From positions 391,425-455,424 of the forward strand of contig CAWKPI010000004.1 in NCBI GenBank assembly GCA_963851455.1: DNA of 64,000 nt, in the 5' to 3' direction. The translations under genes and the position numbers were made by a program. Each line of letters begins with the position of its first letter. Position 1 is the first letter of the stretch. Source of the DNA: an uncultured Nitrospiraceae bacterium. Its GTDB lineage: Bacteria; Nitrospirota; Nitrospiria; Nitrospirales; Nitrospiraceae. Below, piece by piece: positions 12,055-21,592 of the stretch. The notes under the pieces are model-generated. The model worked only from the letters and a program-made list of their open reading frames with translations, did no database searches and was not told the origin of the DNA.

Positions 12055-14216
12055 TTATGCCACACCCTCCAGTAAGTTCTGAGGCACACCCACAAAGGCG
12101 ACCCCATTGCGACCGCTCTCTTTGACCCGATAGAGCGCCTGATCGGCGGTTTCCCACAGCCGATGCGCCTGTGAAGGGCTTCCTGGTGTCCACACGGTCG
12201 CACCAATGCTGATGGTGACGGTCAAAGGGCCGGCAGGAGTCTGGATGCTAACGTCTCCAACAGCGGACCGTATGCGTTCTGCGAATTCGGCCGCTGTACC
12301 CTCGTTGCACCCTGGCAGGACCATGAGAAATTCCTCACCACCCACGCGAGCAAGCAGATCGTATCGACGTGCTGCTTCACCAATTCGACGCGTGACCTCG
12401 CAGATGACAAGATCTCCCACGCGATGACCGTAGGTATCGTTAATGCGCTTGAAGTGATCCAGATCGGCCATCAAGACTGCGAGGGGCTCTTTTTCGCGCT
12501 CGGATCGTGCAAGTTCGCGGATCAAAGCGTCCTGAATCGACGAATGGTTCAACCAGCCGGTGAGAGAGTCGCGCATCGCACGTTCTTTCGAGTCCTGGAG
12601 TAACCGGAGATTTTCAATGGAAACAGCCGCTTGAGTCGACAACGTCAACAGGATCTGTTCATCGAGATCCGTAAAGGCCGTCACAGTCCCCTCAGAGGTG
12701 ATTTTTTCAAGTAGGTACAGTTGTCCGAATAACTCTCCGTGACAGCGGAGCGAGATTCCGAGAAACGAACTCAAAGGGAGATAGGGCGGGAGCCCATCCC
12801 CGGATATAAGGGTGCCCAGGGCTTCTACTCTGAGCGCGCCTTCGCGTTGCACGAGACGGCTCAAAATCCCTCCTTCAACCGGCAGGGCACTGAGGGCATG
12901 CGCATGTGTTTCATCAAGTCCGATCGTGAGACATCGAGATAGCTTCTTTTTCTCCGAATCGAGTATTCCCAACGCCGCGTAACGCGCTTTTGTGATCGTG
13001 CGTGCGACTTCAAGAACCTGCTGGAGTTGGGTCTCGATATCCGGTGCAGACGCGAGACTATTCGCCGCGGTGACAAGGGCATGAAGGGCTTGAACCCGGG
13101 CACACAACGCAGATTCGGCTGTGCTCGCACGAGCAGACTCTTGTGTTGCAAGCAACCACTCTCGGTACAACTGTCTCACCAGCCAGAGCAGCAAGAGTGC
13201 GATGGGTACGACGACGAGCATCGATATCATCATAAGATTCAGGAGAAACGATCGGATCGGTTTGAGAATGCTGTCACGGTCAACACGAATAAGAATTCCC
13301 CAGCGCAATGGTGAGCCGGCCTGCGCAATGTTGACCTGGGCATAAGCTGTGACGACCGGTTGCTGGCGACGCAAATGCAGTTCTTCTACGAAACCTTGTT
13401 GTGATATGGCGACCAACCGGGCTGAAGGGAGTCCCATCGCACTCAGATTGATGTGGCCTTCTCCACGCAGGTAGGAATCTGCAATAAGATCCCCATTCCG
13501 AGTCAATAGTTGATACTCGATATTCGAATCCTCGGACCAAGCCACGTTTTGGAGGACACGTGTGGTTCGGTCTAAGAGATCAGCAAGATAGGGTATCTCG
13601 ACCACGGCAGCAAACACACCATGGAAATCTCCATTGAGGGCGATGATCGGTGCCGTGAATGTGATCGCAAGCCTATTGTGTACTTCTTCGGTCATTTTGG
13701 CATCGAGGATCGTTACTCCATCGCTCTTGATGGCTTGCTGGAACCATGGACTCGCACTCCGGTCCTGGCCCAGAGTGGACGGGTCCGTACTCGCGATCAG
13801 CCTGCCATGTGAATCTGTTACTCCAAGCCACTGATAGGCTCGGTAACTCTTTAAGAGTTGATAGAGATACGAGGTAAGAGCCTGTCGATCGTTACCGCGG
13901 GCGATCGGGGATGCGGCGAATACCTCGACGTCACCTTGCCGCTCGACAATCATCAATTCCAACTTACTAGCCGCGTCACTGGCAGCCTGCACCAGAGCAT
14001 AACCGGTTGAGGCTATCAGTCTGCGTTCGATCGTGTAGGCACCCCAACCGATAAAAAACATGACCACGATTGTAATGAAGAGGACAAGAAACGTGGCGAG
14101 CCGGTGAGGACCGTCAGTCGGCAATGTTTTTATCGTCTTGCAAGGTCGGGGCTCTCGAGAGAGCAAGGCTCCAAGTCTCTTAGACAAAGCGGTCATACCA
14201 GGATTAAGGTTCATCA
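12055..14216 (-). CDS. Membrane diguanylate cyclase (TM-dCache-TM-GAF-GGDEF); start uncertain
   Basis: DLDHFKRINDTYGH, RRYD I-site, GGEEF; two TM helices; GAF FTDLDEQIL. Confidence 0.9.
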
Positions 14217-14724
14217 CGGTGCTCGGGTCTCCTCTTGTGTAGGTGCAGTCTCCCGCATCGAGAAAGTGCTGCAAAGAAGGCGCCTGGTGGCGATTGAATC
14301 GTCAACGACGAAATAGGTGCTATTTCTCATAGAAGTGAGTTGCCTTTGTTTCTCAACCGCATTTGGAACCGGATTCTGCGTCATAGCCTGGCGCAATTTG
14401 CCGGACGACTATTTCCCACAGTACGAAAGAGATGCTACGAAAGCGGTATCGAGATATGAAAGCCGAAAAGTCTTTCTGACCGGGCCGCGCAGAATTAGGC
14501 TGTCACGAGACCGCGGAGACATTCGAGCGATCCGATCTTGTCGAACCCCGACTGTACTTTCGCCGCTGATCCTTTCTTGCGACTGCCTTCCCTGATCAGG
14601 GGCAATAAGTAGTCCACCGGCCGGATTTCCCATGCAACGAGCAACCGCCTTCATCTCTTATCGGTTGGCATCACCGCCTCATTTGTGATACCAAGACATA
14701 ACGTTGATATTTTTGTGAGGGTGA

Positions 14725-16819
14725 ATGTCGAAGAAGAAAGTGTCCGCTCCCGGTTCCAAATCCAAATTTCCCGTTCCATCAGCTCCCGAATCAGTCGCTC
14801 CCAAGAACGCTCCTGCGAAACCGTCACAGCAGGTGACGGCGGTCGAAATGGGCGCACGGCAACGGGAAATCTCCGTCGCGGAATTTTTTACGAAGAACCG
14901 GCATCTGCTGGGCTTCGATAACCCGCGGAAGGCGCTCCTGACCTGTGTGAAGGAAGCGGTCGATAACGCGCTCGATGCGTGCGAAGAGGCCGGCATCCTG
15001 CCGGACGTGACCGTCAAGCTCGAGGTCATCTCGAACGGCGAGGTGGTCGCGCCGAGTCAGGCCAGTAAGTTCCGCATCACGGTCACGGACAACGGCCCGG
15101 GCATCGTCCGGCAACAGATTCCTCGAATCTTTGCCAAGCTGCTCTACGGGTCGAAGTTTCATCGCATGCGGATGAGCCGCGGCCAGCAGGGCATCGGCAT
15201 TTCCGCGGCGGGCATGTATAGCCAGTTGACGACCGGCAAACCGGTGAAGATTATTTCACGAACGGGCCCCAGAGCGGCCGCGCATTTCTTCGAGGTGCAG
15301 ATCGACACGAAGAAGAATGAACCGCTTGTGCATGAGAATAAACAGATCGAGTGGGATCGGCCACAAGGAACGCAGGTCGCGCTCGAGGTCGAAGGAAAGT
15401 ATCAGAAAGGCCGAACGTCTGTTGATGAGTGGCTCGAACAGACTTCTATTGCCAATCCGCACGTGAGGCTCATCTACCATACCCCTGAAGGCGAGACGAA
15501 AGAGTATCCGAGGACCTATCACGAACTGCCGCCGTCGCCACGCGAGATCAAGCCCCATCCTTACGGCATTGAGTTCGGCATGCTCTTGAAGATGTTGCAG
15601 GACACGAAGAGCCATTCACTGTCTGGTTTTCTCGCGAGCGACTTCTGCCGGGTGTCTTCCCAACTTGGAACTGACATCTGCAAGGAGGCTAAGGTCTCGC
15701 CGAATCTAAAACCACGCGATCTCAAGGGAGCGGCGGCAGAAACGCTCTATCGAACGATTCAGAGCACCAAGATTATGGCTCCGCCAACGAACTGCCTTTC
15801 CCCAATCGGTGAGAAGGCCATTCTCTCCGGGCTCTACAAACAGATCAAAGGCGAGTTCTATACCGCCGTGAGCCGGCCACCCGCCGTCTATCGCGGCAAC
15901 CCATTCATCATAGAAGCCGGATTAGCTTATGGAAACCGGCCGGGTGATCAGAGCAAGCCGCAGCAACCGGCTGGGCCAAGAGCGGAAGGCGAGGAAGAAG
16001 AGAATGACTCGGAACTCGCTCGGGTGATCCGCTATGCGAACCGCGTCCCGTTACTCTACCAGCAATCGGCCTGCGCCACGTTCAAAGCCGTGCTGAGCAC
16101 GACCTGGAAGAATTACGGCGTGACGCAATCACGCGGAGCCCTGCCGGGCGGACCAATGGTGATCTTTGTCCATATGGCCTCGGTCTGGGTACCGTTCACC
16201 AGCGAATCGAAAGAAGCAATTGCCGATTACGACGAGATCCAAAAGGAAATCACCCTGGCGTTACGCGAGTGCGGCAGACGTTTGGGACTGTTCTTGCGGC
16301 GACGCGAACGGGCGGCGAGCGAATATCGGCGGCGCAATATTTTCGAACTCTACATCGAAGAGGTGGTGGAAGCCTGTAATCGGCTCAAGGGCGGAAAGCT
16401 GCCGAAAGAGAAGATCAAAATGCAGCTTCAGAAGATCGCGAACTCCCGCACCGGGGGCCTCAAGACCGACGAAGCGTTGGGCAAGACCGACGCAGGACCT
16501 GAGGGCCTGCCCCATTCGATCATCGTGACGGAAGAAGGTGTGGAGGGAGAAGTTACTGTGGCATCTCAAGTCGAAGCCGATCACGCCACGACCGCGTCGA
16601 CAGGTGACGCCGATCTCCTTGGCGCCCCAAGACCAGTGGAAGCACCTCCTAGGAGAAAGAATGCCCAGACTCCGCCACAGAAGGGAAAGACACACAAGAG
16701 GTATGAAAGCAAAGGCGGACCAGATGGCGTTGTTTGCTCAGAAGCCTATGTCCGGTAAGAAACCAGCCAAAAAAGCGATCGCACCGGCGAAGACTGCGTC
16801 TCCACGCGGAAAGAAATAG
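14725..16819 (+). CDS. top6B: DNA topoisomerase VI subunit B (probable indel near 16700; true stop probably 16819)
   Basis: GHKL motifs KEAVDNALDA, DNGPGI, GSKF...SRGQQGIG; WKNY; FTSESKEAI. Confidence 0.95.
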
Positions 16820-16825
16820 GATCAC

Positions 16826-17927
16826 ATGGCAACCAAACAAGAAGACCACAGCGGTCGAGAAAAAACTTATCGGTCTCGCCGACATCGTCATCGCCGCGGC
16901 AGATCGGTCCAAAGATCCGACATTTGCCATTCCGATTCGCGCGCTTTCGAACGTGTCCTTTAATGAGCGCAAGGGCCTCATCGAAATGGGCAAGAAAAAG
17001 CAAGAGCGGTCGTTCTTCAATGTCGGCATGGCAAAGAAATTCATGCAAACCGTGCTGGTGGCTGATGCTCTCTCCGAATTGCAGCGGGCGGATCTGACGA
17101 CCTCGCTTCGAGAAATCTATTACCGGACGAAGCACACCATCAAAGATTCGCACGAGAACACCTTCGACACGCAGGACGAATCGGATCCGGTCATCGAAGA
17201 TCTGGAAGTATCTTTGGCCGCTTTGCGCGAAGAACTGCATGTCCGAGCTGAGAACAGCGGCAGCATCGTCGGCCCTGTGGTGTTCGGCGACGATGGGGAC
17301 CGCGTGGACTGTTCGAAACTCGGGAAGGGCGGCTATTCGGTCCCCTCGATCGTGGAACCGGAATATCTGGAGATCCGCCGCTGTACCGCCGACTTCGTTC
17401 TCCTCGTCGAAAAGGGAACCCAATGGAATCGGCTCTCTGAAGACAAGTTTTGGCGGCGGTATAATTGCGTGCTGTTGACAGGAAACGGTCAACCGCCGAG
17501 AGGAGTGAGACGTTTAGCCAGACGACTGCATGAAGAATATAAGCTGCCGGTCTATGTCTTGGTCGATAATGATCCCTGGGGCTATTACATCTATTCGGTC
17601 GTGAAGCAGGGTTCGATCAACCTCGCGTTTGAAAGTCAGCGTATGGCAATTCCGAAAGCCAAGTTCATGGGATTGTCGAGTGCCGACCCGGAACGCTACG
17701 AATTACCTCGCAACGTCGGCATCAAGCTTAATGAGAAAGATGTGTCGCGGGCGAAAGAACTCATGAACTACGACTGGTTCCAGAAACCTGCCTGGCAGGT
17801 GGAAATCAAGCGTATGTTGACCAGCGGCTTGAAGTACGAACTCGATGCGCTGGCGAATAAAGATTTCCAATATCTCACAAAGAAATATTTGCCCAGAAAA
17901 CTCAAAGAGAAAGACTGGCTTGACTGA
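16826..17927 (+). CDS. top6A: DNA topoisomerase VI subunit A (Spo11-like; indel just after start)
   Basis: LREIYY catalytic Tyr motif; TOPRIM VEK and DNDPWG; TGNGQP; ELDAL. Confidence 0.95.
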
Positions 17928-18229
17928 ACGGCATGGATGGGGCGCTATGCGCCTGTTAATCCTGTTCGCGCTGTCGGTGGTGCCTGATGGAACATCAGCA
18001 TGAGCATGCTCAATCTCACGAGGTCTTACTTCAGAATGGACCGACTCTCAGGACTTCGCAGGAGGAGGACGATCATAAGCCGCGCGATGATCGTCACCCT
18101 CACCCTCCCTCCACCCCCGGGTATCGCGTCAACATGACGATGACGGCATAACGTCATGTTCCCGGGCCCCACGTCCCCAAGGGGAAATCCCAGTAGGACC
18201 AATGGACGGGTAAGGGATAGTCTGAACAT

Positions 18230-18562
18230 ATGCAGCTATTCCTGTTATTGCTGACAGTCTGCTTATGGTCGGTTCAGCCTGCTGCAGGGGCTGATATTAT
18301 TCCTGCGCCTCCAGTGCCTACAGTGCCTCCTTCCGATACTCCTCAGCAGGAACCTAAGCAGGAACCTAAGCAGGAACCACTGCCCAGTCCCCGAGACCCA
18401 GGCATGGTCAAGCAGCCCGACACTGTGCCTCATCCAGACTCAGTGATTGTTCCGCCGGTCGTTGATCCCAAGATGGCTGTAAATCCGGACGAGCCTCCAA
18501 AACAGGAACCCATGCCCCCCCGTGAACCGGACCCCCGCAAGTCACCTGATCAATCTCGCTGA
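18230..18562 (+). CDS. Secreted proline-rich protein
   Basis: Signal peptide; Pro-rich; QEPK repeats. Confidence 0.65.
   Translation: MQLFLLLLTVCLWSVQPAAGADIIPAPPVPTVPPSDTPQQEPKQEPKQEPLPSPRDPGMVKQPDTVPHPDSVIVPPVVDPKMAVNPDEPPKQEPMPPREPDPRKSPDQSR
18347..18378 (+). repeat. 12-bp tandem repeat CAGGAACCTAAG x2.7
   Basis: Seen directly; encodes QEPK. Confidence 0.85.
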
Positions 18563-18587
18563 CGTGCCCGGGTGACGTGATTACGAC

Positions 18588-18845
18588 ATGGACAATCGAG
18601 ATTTAAAAGATCTGGTGATCGCCGGTTGCCACGTACGCCTCGCGTTTCATCCCGTAGGCAGTGGGCGATGGAACGTGGAAGGCAAGGTGCGATGCGGTAT
18701 CGATGAGCATCGCAGCGAGCGGTCGTTTTTCACGGCGGACCTGGACAGCCGTGAGGCCGCCGAAGAGGAAGCGCTGCGCCGTGTCGCAGACCTCTTGGGT
18801 CACAATGTGGATCGGAATACCTCGCGAGTCAACAACTGGAGCTAA
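18588..18845 (+). CDS. Small hypothetical protein
   Basis: 85-aa ORF with globular-looking sequence, 25 bp upstream of ahpC. Confidence 0.6.
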   Translation: MDNRDLKDLVIAGCHVRLAFHPVGSGRWNVEGKVRCGIDEHRSERSFFTADLDSREAAEEEALRRVADLLGHNVDRNTSRVNNWS

Positions 18846-18870
18846 CCAATATCGGCGGAGGCACACTTTC

Positions 18871-19437
18871 ATGGCAACGATCGGTCAAGCCATTCCCGAG
18901 GGCACCTATCAGACCTACCATCAGCAGGTCATTGAGTCGATTACACTGCAGAGCTATCGCAATAGATGGCTGGTCCTCGTGTTTTATCCGGGCGATTTTA
19001 CGTTCATCTGTCCGACCGAATTGGAGGATCTTGGGGCGCTTTACGGTGAATTTCAGAAACAGGACGCCGAGGTCCTGAGCATCAGCACCGACTCGGTGTA
19101 TGTGCACAAAGCCTGGCACGACACTTCTCCCGCGATCAAAGGTTTGCCGTTCCCGATGGTTGCCGATCCCGGCGGCCGGCTGGCTCAACAACTCGGCTGC
19201 TACCTGTCGAAGGAAGGTGTGGCATTGCGAGGAAGCTATATTTTTGATCCGGACGGCAGACTGTGCGCATTCGAAATTCACAATAATTCGATCGGCCGCA
19301 ACATGGAAGAGCTTCTCAGAAAACTGCAAGCCGCGGCGTTTGTGCGCGAGAACGGCGGCATCGAAGTGTGTCCGGCCGGTTGGAAACCCGGTGAGCGCGC
19401 CTTGAAGCCGAGTCTTGATCTCGTGGGAAAGATCTAA
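18871..19437 (+). CDS. ahpC: 2-Cys peroxiredoxin
   Basis: FYPGDFTFICPTE, GRN, EVCPAGW; GGAGG RBS. Confidence 0.93.
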   Translation: MATIGQAIPEGTYQTYHQQVIESITLQSYRNRWLVLVFYPGDFTFICPTELEDLGALYGEFQKQDAEVLSISTDSVYVHKAWHDTSPAIKGLPFPMVADPGGRLAQQLGCYLSKEGVALRGSYIFDPDGRLCAFEIHNNSIGRNMEELLRKLQAAAFVRENGGIEVCPAGWKPGERALKPSLDLVGKI

Positions 19438-19458
19438 AAGATCTAATGGTCCACTAAG

Positions 19459-19734
19459 ATGTGGCACAGAAGAACCACATTTCTCGGCGCGGCAGTGCTG
19501 ATTCTAGCTGTCGCCTGTTCAGGTGAACGTGACAGGCTTGCCACTCAAAACTCGCTTTCCCAAAATACAGGAGAAGTGGGAAGCACGATGTCAAAAGGTC
19601 ACCCTCCATACTATCCTAATACCGCGGGCAACATTGTTGCGCCACCCGGCAATCCTGGCGGGAATCGCGCCGGAGATCCTCCTATTGTCGGCGGCACTGA
19701 GAACCAGCAAGGTGGGTGGCCGGAAGGCCGCTAA
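19459..19734 (+). CDS. Small disordered lipoprotein
   Basis: Lipobox AVAC; G/P/N-rich. Confidence 0.55.
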   Translation: MWHRRTTFLGAAVLILAVACSGERDRLATQNSLSQNTGEVGSTMSKGHPPYYPNTAGNIVAPPGNPGGNRAGDPPIVGGTENQQGGWPEGR

Positions 19735-19835
19735 CCGTCACCATTCAGCCCTGCCGAGCGTCAGGCAAGTGAAGCCTGGCAATACAGGCGTTTCCCGGCC
19801 CGCAAGGGGATCAGCTATGGTAAGCTTGCGGCGCG

Positions 19836-20990
19836 ATGCGTATCTTCGTTCTCGGCACCGGTGCCACCGGCTCGCTCCTGGTCAAATTTCTCGCTCGACA
19901 AGGTCACCAGGTGTCTTCAGGGGATCGCGATCTCGAACGGGCGCACCATTTCCTCGGCGCCAAGTCTGCCGTTCCTATCAAGCAAGTGAATGCCCGTGAC
20001 ATCTGGAGTATCCTGAGAGCGGCACGCGGTACGCAACTGCTCGTGAACGCCTGCCCGCCTGTGCTCAATAAAACCGTCATGAGAGCCGCCCTTCGGCTAC
20101 GCGCTCACTACCTTGATACGGCGTCACATTATACAGGCCATCCGTTTCGCGCCGAGCAAATCGGCTTTGCGCGAAAATTTGCAGACAAAAGGCGGGTGGC
20201 CCTCATCACGGCCGGCGTCGCACCGGGATTAACGAATCTTCTCATTGCCGCAGGATCGGATTTACTCACTTCCGTCGAATCGGTTCGCGTCCGCCTTTAT
20301 GAAGCGACTGACGCTGATGGTCCGTTCTCACAGTGGTCAGCCGAGGCCTCGTTCGATGAAGCTGTCGCCCGCCCGCGTATCTATATCGATGGCCACTTTA
20401 ATTTCGGTCCACGCTTCGGGGAAAGGGAACTGTTCCGATTCCCTGCTCCCATTGGTCCGATCAGTGTTGTCCTGGCTGCTCAGGACGAAGTGATCACCGT
20501 TCCTTATTCAATTCCGATGACCTCGATGGATGCAAAATTCGGGGGATCGGATATCGACCGTTTACGTCGGTGGTATCGACAGGGCAAGCTGCGCAAATCG
20601 AGTCGGCCGGCGCCCTCACGTTTTGTTCGTACTTCGACGCCGAGAACCGTTCGCCGGCTGTTTCGTCAGGGCGTGCTGCATAACGCTCACTTTGCGGCAG
20701 CGGTGATTGTCGAGGGGATGAAGAACGAGCGGCCTACCATGATCCGCTGGGATGTCATGATACCTAGTCTCTTTCAGCTTCGACGCCAGGGTTTCCTCTG
20801 TTCTCCGATCGCCTGGGCTACGGCCCAGATGGCCGCGCTGTTTATCAAACATTTTCCGCGCGATTGTTTCGGCGTGCATCCGCCGGAGTCGTTACCGATT
20901 GACCTCCGGCGTGCCATCCTACGCGACGCACGTGTGCGCGGATTTCGGGTGATGAAGCGAATGAAATCGCTCGCTCCACGCGACCCCTAG
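19836..20990 (+). CDS. Saccharopine dehydrogenase / carboxyspermidine dehydrogenase-like oxidoreductase
   Basis: GTGATG Rossmann motif, HYLDTA, GVAPGLTN, GVHPPE. Confidence 0.8.
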   Translation: MRIFVLGTGATGSLLVKFLARQGHQVSSGDRDLERAHHFLGAKSAVPIKQVNARDIWSILRAARGTQLLVNACPPVLNKTVMRAALRLRAHYLDTASHYTGHPFRAEQIGFARKFADKRRVALITAGVAPGLTNLLIAAGSDLLTSVESVRVRLYEATDADGPFSQWSAEASFDEAVARPRIYIDGHFNFGPRFGERELFRFPAPIGPISVVLAAQDEVITVPYSIPMTSMDAKFGGSDIDRLRRWYRQGKLRKSSRPAPSRFVRTSTPRTVRRLFRQGVLHNAHFAAAVIVEGMKNERPTMIRWDVMIPSLFQLRRQGFLCSPIAWATAQMAALFIKHFPRDCFGVHPPESLPIDLRRAILRDARVRGFRVMKRMKSLAPRDP

Positions 20991-21069
20991 TCCCTCCCGG
21001 TCCCGCTCCTTGCACCGCCTTTTCTACCGGTGTTAAGATCCCTCATCGCATGATCGGGGAGTGGAGTAC

Positions 21070-21336
21070 ATGCCGAATATTACGCTATTGGTTTCGCCCA
21101 GCTGCGGCGCTTGCCCTTCAGCCAAAAGTCTGTGGAAACAACTCCGTGTCAAGTATAGCTTCTCATATCGGGAGGTCGACATTACGACGCCGGACGGCCA
21201 GGAACTCGCCAACCGTCACGCGGTGCGTGCCGTGCCTGCAACGATCATCGATGGTCGCTTGACGTTCGTCGGGGTTCCGAGCCGGGAGAGTGCTGAAAAA
21301 GCGTTGCAGCTGAAGATGAAACCGCGGGAGGCCTGA
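21070..21336 (+). CDS. Thioredoxin/glutaredoxin-like protein
   Basis: CGAC active site; AVP cis-Pro; FVGVP. Confidence 0.85.
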   Translation: MPNITLLVSPSCGACPSAKSLWKQLRVKYSFSYREVDITTPDGQELANRHAVRAVPATIIDGRLTFVGVPSRESAEKALQLKMKPREA

Positions 21337-21339
21337 CGG

Positions 21340-21501
21340 ATGATGGACGAAGAAGACGATAACGAGCTACCTATTCTCCCGGTCATCGATAAGGGGCCAC
21401 CGCCGGATTGTCCGATCTGCGGCGACCCTATGTCCTTTATCGACGGGGACTGGGCCTGTGTGGATTGCAATGGAGAGCTGTTAGGACCTGAAACCGGCTA
21501 A
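21340..21501 (+). CDS. 53-aa acidic zinc-ribbon protein (below ORF-track cutoff)
   Basis: Own translation MMDEEDDNELPILPVIDKGPPPDCPICGDPMSFIDGDWACVDCNGELLGPETG; starts 3 bp after the upstream stop. Confidence 0.75.
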   Translation: MMDEEDDNELPILPVIDKGPPPDCPICGDPMSFIDGDWACVDCNGELLGPETG

Positions 21502-21592
21502 CCACTCACGACGTTCCCCATAATGAACGTGTGAATGAATTCCACCTTGCTGAACAGTCAACACTCAACACGACTGATTCAACCGTAACGCG

